Source: a bacterium (GTDB lineage Bacteria; Bacillota; Clostridia; Oscillospirales; CAG-272). From it: a stretch of 64,000 nucleotides of DNA. The notes under the pieces were generated by a model. The model was not told where the DNA came from, ran no database searches, and saw only the letters and a list, made by a program, of their open reading frames with translations. The translations under genes and the position numbers were made by a program. Below, one piece after another: positions 57,335 to 64,000 of this stretch. Numbering within the stretch: position 1 is the stretch's first letter; each line of letters begins with the position of its first letter. The DNA lies in assembly GCA_963642885.1 (NCBI GenBank), contig CAVIJI010000008.1:14873-78872 (forward strand). Reading direction: 5' to 3'.

Positions 57335-59425
57335 TTATTCTATGACAAGGCAGTCGTCAAGTCCGAGTTCTCTGCTTCTTTCATCGGGCTGATGTCCGCC
57401 GACATAGAACTTAAGTCCGCCGTCTGCGACAGTTCTCGTGCCATCGGAAAGAACCGCTTTTGTCCAGTAAGCATCGACAGGAACCACAACACTCTTCTCT
57501 TCTCCAACCTCGAGAGCAACCGCTTCAAGGCCACAGAGCTGGAAATTAGGTGTCGGAGTTCTCGAATCCTTATATTGCGCGTATACCTGAACCTTTTCGA
57601 TGCCATTCATCTTGCCCGTATTCTTAACCTTCACGCTTACTTCATATCCGTTTTCGGTTTTTGCGAATTTTGCGTCAGAATACTCAAACTTTGTGTATGA
57701 CAGGCCGTATCCGAAGGGATAGAGCGGCTTTTCGGTCATGTATCTGTATGTTCTGCCCTGCATTGCATATTCGGTAAAATCGGGGATAGTGTTGTTTTCG
57801 CCGTAGAAAGTAATAGGCAGTCTGCCGTTCGGTGAGAATTTGCCCGCAATAAGTTCTGCAACCGCAAGACCGCCGACAGCACCCGGATACCATACGTCTA
57901 TTACCGCATGAACCTTAGATCTGAGCTCATCGCCGAGATCCAAAGCACCGCCGCCCATGAGAACAACAACAACGTCATCGCAAACCTCGCAAACCTTCTC
58001 GGCAAGCTCCATCTGCGTCTTCGGAAGCTTCAATGCAACCTTATCACCGTTATCGAAGTACTCGTTCTTCATACCGGTTTCTTCACCCTCGATTGTACAG
58101 TCAAGGCCTAAGCAAAGTACCGTTACATCCGCGTTTTCGGCATAGGATATACCTTCGCTTATCATATTGGTAAAGCCCGAGCAGTCATTTCTGTGGTCAA
58201 GCCAAACGTTGCAGCCTTTGGCAACACGAACGTTTTCGGAACCGAATACCCTTCTCATTCCGTCAGCGGGAGTAATATATTCGGATGCCATACCGTTATA
58301 GTTTCCTTCGAGAGCGATATGCGACATCGCATTCGGACCGATTACCGCGATTTTCTTTTTATCTGCGGGATTAAGCGGGAGGAATCCGTCATTTTGAAGA
58401 AGTACTGCACATTCCTCGGCAGCCTTTAAATTGAGCTGTCTGAATTCCTCGCAGTCAAGTTTGTCGAATGGAATATCAGAATACGGATGCTCATTCTCGA
58501 ACTCTCCGAGAAGAACTCTGATAGTGTAAAGTCTTATCGCCGCGGCAGTAATATCTTCCTCGGTAATAAGGTCGCTTTCATACGCTTCCATAAGGTGAGA
58601 ATAAGCGCTTCCGCAGTTAAGATGACAGCCTGCCTTCAAGGATATGGCACATGCTTCTTCTATCGTTTCGGTATAGTGATGATATGCGTAAATATCGTTA
58701 ATCGCTCCGCAGTCGGACGTATAGTATCCGTCAAACTTCAGCTGGTCGAAAAGGATATCCTGCATAAGCTTCGGAGAAGCACAGCACGGCTCGCCGTTTG
58801 TTCTGTTATACGCGCCCATAACACCCGCTACACCTGCGTTAACCGCATATTCAAATGCGGGAAGATATGTTTCCCACAAGTCATGGTCGCTTACCACGGC
58901 ATTGAATGTATGTCTGAGCGGTTCGGGTCCGGAATGCACTGCGTAATGTTTTGCGCAGGCGGCAGCTTTAAGAAATTCGCCATCACCCTGTATACCCTTT
59001 ATGTAGTTTACAGCCATAGATGCCGTAAGGTACGGGTCTTCTCCGAAGGTTTCCTGTCCTCTTCCCCATCTCGGGTCACGATATATATTTATATTAGGTG
59101 TCCAATATGTAAGTCCCTTATAAATATCGTAATCCTCGTGCTTTTGCGAGCTGTTATACTTAGCTCTCGCCTCTGTTGAAACAGCCTCGCCCACTTTGCC
59201 GATAAGCTTCGGATCGAATGTTGCAGCAAGACCGATAGCATGCGGGAATACCGTTGCCATACCCGATCTCGCAACTCCGTGAGAGGCTTCATTCCACCAG
59301 TTATACTCATGTATGCCGAGTCTTTCGATTGCGGGTGAATTATAGAGCAGCTGTGACGCTTTTTCTTCAACCGTCATTTGAGAGACCAGTTCCAGAGCTT
59401 TTTTTCTCGCAGTTTCTTTATTCAT
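57335..59425 (-). CDS. GH3 beta-xylosidase/beta-glucosidase
   Basis: 696 aa, no signal peptide. EEKASQLLY...YNWWNEASHGVA, GYYTSDCGAI (nucleophile region) and a fibronectin-like C-terminus. Confidence 0.85.
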   Translation of the reverse strand: MNKETARKKALELVSQMTVEEKASQLLYNSPAIERLGIHEYNWWNEASHGVARSGMATVFPHAIGLAATFDPKLIGKVGEAVSTEARAKYNSSQKHEDYDIYKGLTYWTPNINIYRDPRWGRGQETFGEDPYLTASMAVNYIKGIQGDGEFLKAAACAKHYAVHSGPEPLRHTFNAVVSDHDLWETYLPAFEYAVNAGVAGVMGAYNRTNGEPCCASPKLMQDILFDQLKFDGYYTSDCGAINDIYAYHHYTETIEEACAISLKAGCHLNCGSAYSHLMEAYESDLITEEDITAAAIRLYTIRVLLGEFENEHPYSDIPFDKLDCEEFRQLNLKAAEECAVLLQNDGFLPLNPADKKKIAVIGPNAMSHIALEGNYNGMASEYITPADGMRRVFGSENVRVAKGCNVWLDHRNDCSGFTNMISEGISYAENADVTVLCLGLDCTIEGEETGMKNEYFDNGDKVALKLPKTQMELAEKVCEVCDDVVVVLMGGGALDLGDELRSKVHAVIDVWYPGAVGGLAVAELIAGKFSPNGRLPITFYGENNTIPDFTEYAMQGRTYRYMTEKPLYPFGYGLSYTKFEYSDAKFAKTENGYEVSVKVKNTGKMNGIEKVQVYAQYKDSRTPTPNFQLCGLEAVALEVGEEKSVVVPVDAYWTKAVLSDGTRTVADGGLKFYVGGHQPDERSRELGLDDCLVIE

Positions 59426-59464
59426 AAGGTAATACCTATCTTTCTTATCTTTAAAATTATCCGC

Positions 59465-60784
59465 TTAAGCACCGAACATTACGTCGTTTACGATATTTTC
59501 GAGGTATTCCTGTCTGCCGCTGATGTTTGTTGTAACATCGCCCATCTTCTTTGCATATGCATCAAGCTCTTCGATTGTAACGGTTCTGTCGCTGATCTTC
59601 TTACCGATACCATCATTGTAGCTTGCGTAACGATTCTTTATAAACTCGTCTATTCTGCCGTCCTTGATAAGACGTTCCGCGAGTCTGAGACCGAGTGCGA
59701 ATGAATCCATACCTGCGATATAGGAGTATGCAATATCATCCCATGTGTATGAACCGCGGCGAGCCTTAGCATCGAAGTTCAAACCGCCGTTTGTGAATCC
59801 GCCGGCACGAATAACTTCGAGCATGCAGAACGCTGTCTCATATACGTTTGTCGGGAACTGGTCTGTGTCCCAACCGAGGAACAAATCGCCCTGGTTTGCA
59901 TCGATTGAACCGAACGCGCCGTTAACTCTCGCTACATTGAGCTCATGCTGGAATGTATGACCTGCGAGTGTTGCATGGTTAGCTTCGATATTGAGTTTAA
60001 AGTCCTTATCAAGGCCGTATTTTGCTATAAATCCGCATACCGTGGATGCGTCAAAGTCATACTGGTGCTTTGTGGGTTCCTTCGGTTTCGGCTCAATGTA
60101 ATAGTCGCCCGTGAAGCCTATGGAACGACCGTAGGACGATGTGAGCTTGAGAAGGAATGCGAGGTTGTCAAGCTCCTTGCCCATATCCGTGTTGAGAAGT
60201 GTTTCATAGCCTTCTCTGCCGCCCCAGTATACATAACCGTTACCGCCGAGTTTAACCGTAACTTCAATAGCCTTCTTATTCTGTGCTGCCGCGAAAGCGA
60301 AAACATCGGCATTCGGAGCTGTGCCGGCACCGTGCATATATCTCGGATTGTTGAAGCAGTTAGCTGTGCCCCAAAGAAGCTTCTTATTGTTTTCTTTCAT
60401 AAGCTGTGCGAGAAGCTCGGAAATCTCGTCTATACGCTCGTTGCTTTCTTCAAGAGACTTTCCTTCGGGAGCGATGTCTCTGTCATGGAAGCAGTAGTAG
60501 TCTATGGAAAGCTTATTCATAAATTCAAATGCCGCATAAGCCTTTGCCTTTGCGATTTCCATAGGATCTGTCTCGCCGTATGTCTTTACGTTAGTACCGC
60601 AGCCGAACATATCGGTACCGTCGGCGCACATTGTGTGCCAATAGGACATAGCGAACTTAAGCTGGTCCTTCATCGGTTTTCCGAGTATTACCTCATCGGG
60701 ATTGTAGTAGCGGAACGACATCGGATTTTTGGAATCCTTGCCTTCGTATTTAACGTACGGAATAGATGCGAAAAATTCTTTCAT
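59465..60784 (-). CDS. xylA: Xylose isomerase
   Basis: Start moved to ATG 60784 (AAGGAG RBS). [36 protein letters not shown]-like [11 protein letters not shown], and WGGREGY. Confidence 0.94.
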   Translation of the reverse strand: MKEFFASIPYVKYEGKDSKNPMSFRYYNPDEVILGKPMKDQLKFAMSYWHTMCADGTDMFGCGTNVKTYGETDPMEIAKAKAYAAFEFMNKLSIDYYCFHDRDIAPEGKSLEESNERIDEISELLAQLMKENNKKLLWGTANCFNNPRYMHGAGTAPNADVFAFAAAQNKKAIEVTVKLGGNGYVYWGGREGYETLLNTDMGKELDNLAFLLKLTSSYGRSIGFTGDYYIEPKPKEPTKHQYDFDASTVCGFIAKYGLDKDFKLNIEANHATLAGHTFQHELNVARVNGAFGSIDANQGDLFLGWDTDQFPTNVYETAFCMLEVIRAGGFTNGGLNFDAKARRGSYTWDDIAYSYIAGMDSFALGLRLAERLIKDGRIDEFIKNRYASYNDGIGKKISDRTVTIEELDAYAKKMGDVTTNISGRQEYLENIVNDVMFGA

Positions 60785-60975
60785 GTTTTTTCTCCTTATT
60801 TCAGAAAAATATTGTTTTATGTATATATTGTATGATATCGACAAATGTTTTTCACGTCATATAGATATTTTTTATAGACAAAATTTGACTTTTCGAAAAT
60901 GGGAACTTGAAATCGTATCGTCGTATATGTATAATAAATTCAAAATATTGATTTTGTTTTTATTCTGTTGAAATT

Positions 60976-61776
60976 ATGTTTTATGAATTCAGTCACTCAT
61001 TGTCCGCCGATTATTTTACTGTAGAACATGGCTGTGATTTTAACTTTCCGGCTCACATGCATCACTGTTTCGAACTTCTGTGCATTCTCGAGGGAGAAAT
61101 GCATGTCGAGATTGACGATGTCGGATACGACATGGTACAGGGAGATGCGGCAATGATTTTTTCAAACCAAATACATTCCATGAAAACCGTCGGTAATTCC
61201 AAACACGTATTGACGGTTTTTTCTCCCAGGCTTATCAGCGCATATTCCGAAAAAACATCGGGTAAAATCCCACTTAATAATATCTTCAGACCCGACATGT
61301 TTTACATCGGAAAGCTCGAGACATTCAGCAAACAAACACCGATAATCGATGTCAAAGGGCTTCTATATTCGATTTGCGGAGAATTCGATGCGGTTACCGA
61401 ATATCATGTGAACGACGCCAAATCGAATATGCTTCTCTACAACATATTCAAGTTCATCGAAAACAACTACAATAAAAACTGTATGCTGTCAAACCTTGCC
61501 AAATATACCGGTTATGATTATGCGTACATATCAAGATATTTCCGCAAAACAGTCGGAATATCGTATAACGATTATGTTAATCAGTACAGAATATCAAAGG
61601 CATGCTATCTTCTTCAAAACAACGAAATGAGCATACTGGAAATATCAAACGAATGCGGTTTCAACTCGCTGAGAAGTCTCAACCGTCATTTTAAAGAACA
61701 GCTGGGAATGCCGCCCGCCGACTACAGAAAAGTGATAAAGGATCGCGTTAAGACGACAAAGTCGGAAATTAATTAA
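60976..61776 (+). CDS. AraC-family transcriptional regulator (cupin plus HTH), divergent from the xylose operon
   Basis: 266 aa. N-terminal cupin (FPAHMHHCFELLCILEG). C-terminal HTH_AraC (ISRYFRKTVGISYNDYVNQYRISKACYLL...CGFNSLRSLNRHFKEQLGMPPADYR). Confidence 0.88.
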   Translation: MFYEFSHSLSADYFTVEHGCDFNFPAHMHHCFELLCILEGEMHVEIDDVGYDMVQGDAAMIFSNQIHSMKTVGNSKHVLTVFSPRLISAYSEKTSGKIPLNNIFRPDMFYIGKLETFSKQTPIIDVKGLLYSICGEFDAVTEYHVNDAKSNMLLYNIFKFIENNYNKNCMLSNLAKYTGYDYAYISRYFRKTVGISYNDYVNQYRISKACYLLQNNEMSILEISNECGFNSLRSLNRHFKEQLGMPPADYRKVIKDRVKTTKSEIN

Positions 61777-61856
61777 CGAACCGAATTCGTCGGCGAATAC
61801 GATAATCTTCGTTTTTTCTTCGAAAACGACTTATTACGCACTTCATTAAGGACAAT

Positions 61857-61889
61857 CCCCCGATTTTGTGATTTTAGACAAATCGGGGG
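61857..61889. terminator. Hairpin between convergent genes
   Basis: CCCCCGATTT (61857-61866) pairs with AAATCGGGGG (61880-61889). Confidence 0.65.
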
Positions 61890-61897
61890 CTGTTCTT

Positions 61898-63286
61898 TTA
61901 TTTACTTTTCTTTTTCGGAGACGACTGGATATACACTATAACAATAACAACCGCCGCCAAAAACAATGTGGTTGCGGCAAACATCGTTATATTGTCGCTC
62001 GAATTCTCGACGTCCGCATCCGTTGCTATAATCTCCTCGACATGTTTTTCATAATCGTACTCTGTCGATGTCTGTTCGACGATGGTACCGCCGGGTACTT
62101 CCTCTTCTGCCTCTGTTTCCTTGACGGTCTGTTCGGTTTTGTCCGTCGTACCGCATATTGTCACCTCGGACAGCTGGAATGTTCCCGATCGTGCCGCAGT
62201 AGCGTAAAATCTGAAATAAGAATAAGACTCGTCGCTTTCAACTGTCGTTGAAAAATATGTGAAATTAACATTTTCGAAAAACGAATCGTCACCTGAAATA
62301 ATCGTCGTCCAATTCTGTCCGTCGTTTGAACCTTCTAAACGCCATTTTTTCGGATTTCGTCCCTCGTATTCCTTTGTATCATTCGCGGTTGCCATCAGCA
62401 AACCCGTCACAAAATACTGCTGTCTGCACTTTATTGTCGAATACAGCGGAAAATCTCCTGTACAGAACTTAGTATTGACACTTCCGTCCCACAGCATATC
62501 CGCACTCTCGTTCGGATTTCCGCCTGTTCCGTTAACAAATTCATATCCTTTAATTATGGTCAGCCCAAGTGCATCCGCCGCTTCCTTTGCACCCGAGCTT
62601 TGTCTTGCACCCGATCCGCCCAGTTCAATGTACGACCAGTTTGAGCTGTCACTCTCACCCTCTCCGATCTCATCGGACCACGTAAAGAAATATGAAAGCT
62701 CCCCTTCTTCGTTTATATCGCAGAACGCGAAATCGGCAAGAAGTCTCACACCGTCTTCCAATACCATGTTTTCGGGTACATATTTATACTCTATTATGTA
62801 TCCGTTGTTCTCTTTTCTGTAGCCTATCTTTGAGTATTCGGGTTCTTTGCCGTGAATGGTACGTATCGGATTCATACCGTCAGGAACCAGCTGAACCATA
62901 CGCTGACCGTCCTGCCATGTTTCACCGTAGACGTCATTTTCATCTATATAGACGTTTATGCAGTCATTCTTATATTTACCGTCCGAATCGAACGTAAAAT
63001 CGTCATCGTAAATTTCAAAAAGAAAATATATCGCCTCATCGTCGTACAATACCGAGACATACGCAACAGAGCCACCGGGAAGCTTGCCGTTATAATCACT
63101 GCCTCCCGTCACATTCATAAGTCTTGAACGTGTTGTTTTATACCATATTTTATCGATACTTCCGTCAATTACGGGGGTACCGTATTTCGCTGTCATAGTC
63201 TGTCCGATTGCGGATACGGGCACAGGAAACGACGCTAATGCGGTCACGATTATCATCGCAAGAAGAAGTGACACAATTTTTCTCAT
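61898..63286 (-). CDS. Secreted, C-terminally membrane-anchored protein with CBM9-like and F5/8 type C (discoidin/CBM32-like) domains
   Basis: Probable start ATG 63286 (AAGGAAA RBS). Signal peptide MRKIVSLLLAMIIVTALASFPVPVSA. PVIDGSIDKIWYK...AIYFLFEIYDD resembles CBM9. WDGSVNTKFC...RNPKKWRLEGSNDGQNWTTI resembles discoidin. C-terminal TM helix plus KKKSK. Confidence 0.65.
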   Translation of the reverse strand: MRKIVSLLLAMIIVTALASFPVPVSAIGQTMTAKYGTPVIDGSIDKIWYKTTRSRLMNVTGGSDYNGKLPGGSVAYVSVLYDDEAIYFLFEIYDDDFTFDSDGKYKNDCINVYIDENDVYGETWQDGQRMVQLVPDGMNPIRTIHGKEPEYSKIGYRKENNGYIIEYKYVPENMVLEDGVRLLADFAFCDINEEGELSYFFTWSDEIGEGESDSSNWSYIELGGSGARQSSGAKEAADALGLTIIKGYEFVNGTGGNPNESADMLWDGSVNTKFCTGDFPLYSTIKCRQQYFVTGLLMATANDTKEYEGRNPKKWRLEGSNDGQNWTTIISGDDSFFENVNFTYFSTTVESDESYSYFRFYATAARSGTFQLSEVTICGTTDKTEQTVKETEAEEEVPGGTIVEQTSTEYDYEKHVEEIIATDADVENSSDNITMFAATTLFLAAVVIVIVYIQSSPKKKSK

Positions 63287-63480
63287 TAATAACAATTTCC
63301 TTATTTCAATTTATGTAAAATATATTGATTTTATATATTCTCACTCCTATTATAATATTACATAAAGGTTTTGTCAACCGTTTTTATAAAGTCGATTATA
63401 TTGCATTATTCCGGTTTTCATAGTATAATAGTGCAGAATTCATTTACATTTCAGCTATTTAAATATAACAGAGGATAATT

Positions 63481-64000
63481 ATGATAACAGACTATAATAT
63501 TCCGTATGGCAATCTCAGTGAGCACAAGCTTGACTGCTACAGTACAGACAATACCGAAAATTCTCCGCTCTTTATATACTTTCACGGCGGAGGGCTCGAA
63601 TGCGGTGATAAAGGCAACGGTTCGCCTGCCGCATTCGAATACCTTGCTTCCCACGGTATAAGCGTTGTTTCCGCCGACTACAGAATGTACCCCGATGCAC
63701 ACTTTCCCGATTTCATCGAGGATGCCGCACAATGTGTCGCTTGGTGTGTGAAAAATCTGTCGTACAGCGAACTCTATGTGGGCGGTCAGAGTGCGGGCGG
63801 ATATATTTCCATGATGCTTGCGTTCGACAAAAGATATCTCTCCGCTTACGGAATCGACTGTGCCGACAAAAATCAAATCGCGGGATTCTATCTCGATGCG
63901 GGACAACCTACAGTACACTACAATATTCTGCGTGAGCGCGGTCTTGACACTCGTCTTATCCGCGTTGACGAAGCCGCTCCGATTTACTTCATAGATGAAC
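63481..64000 (+). CDS. Alpha/beta-hydrolase esterase (HGGG-type), 3' end cut by window edge
   Basis: AGAGGA RBS, ATG 63481, open to the window end and so absent from the ORF track. MITDYNIPYGNL...PLFIYFHGGGLECGDKG oxyanion motif and the nucleophile elbow GGQSAGGY. Confidence 0.75.
   Translation, partial: MITDYNIPYGNLSEHKLDCYSTDNTENSPLFIYFHGGGLECGDKGNGSPAAFEYLASHGISVVSADYRMYPDAHFPDFIEDAAQCVAWCVKNLSYSELYVGGQSAGGYISMMLAFDKRYLSAYGIDCADKNQIAGFYLDAGQPTVHYNILRERGLDTRLIRVDEAAPIYFIDE

Noticed and set aside
59945-60835. 296-aa plus-strand ORF, and similar long antisense ORFs (56400-57194, 58487-59179, 54031-54588, 13192-13776).
   Set aside because: Each lies entirely opposite a well-supported conserved enzyme gene (xylA, xylB, GH3, the oxidoreductase, pflB). 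Each has a Cys/Phe/Val-rich composition typical of antisense frames, and none has an RBS.

Overview
This 64-kb window looks like chromosomal DNA from a low-GC Firmicute, probably a gut or rumen Clostridia. That placement is inferred from CIRCE/HrcA, T-boxes, a type III glutamine synthetase, an (S/P)PXTG sorting signal and xylan/xylose genes. It is densely coding core and carbohydrate metabolism. I saw no CRISPR array, rRNA/tRNA gene, transposase, integrase, prophage or recognisable defence system.

Gene content, in order:
- hrcA-grpE-dnaK with CIRCE
- a sugar ABC ATPase, tex and a pseudouridine synthase
- a Mn riboswitch with mntP
- a ZTP (pfl) riboswitch with pflA-pflB
- a GH36-like hydrolase and recG
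- a complete shikimate operon: aroF-aroB-aroA-aroC-aroE/K-aroQ
- an FtsX/MacB-type ABC pair, radA and hisS
- a Tyr T-box preceding an acyl-CoA-ligase-like gene
- a 12-kb nitrogen-assimilation cluster: gltD, gltB and asnB behind an Asn T-box, glnN, and divergent glnA plus an ANTAR regulator
- a CsoR-controlled P1B ATPase
- a TauE / DUF1538 / tandem P-II-like operon
- a xylose operon (xylA, GH3, xylB, ThuA-like, Gfo/Idh/MocA) with an AraC regulator
- two secreted carbohydrate-binding-type proteins

The most unusual material is RNA-level regulation, not a new protein machine:
1. A 22-codon Phe/Tyr-rich leader ORF plus terminator sits ahead of the shikimate operon.
2. A complete Tyr-specifier T-box drives an adenylate-forming ligase.
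3. An Asn T-box without a visible U-tract terminator heads asnB-gltB-gltD.
4. A 150-nt structured leader precedes glnN, next to a pseudo-receiver ANTAR protein co-transcribed with glnA.
5. The uncharacterised DUF1538 plus double P-II-like module.

Several ORF-track starts are over-extended into leaders. Two edge genes, dnaK and an esterase, are missing from the track. All homology calls come from motif recognition by eye; no database search was run.
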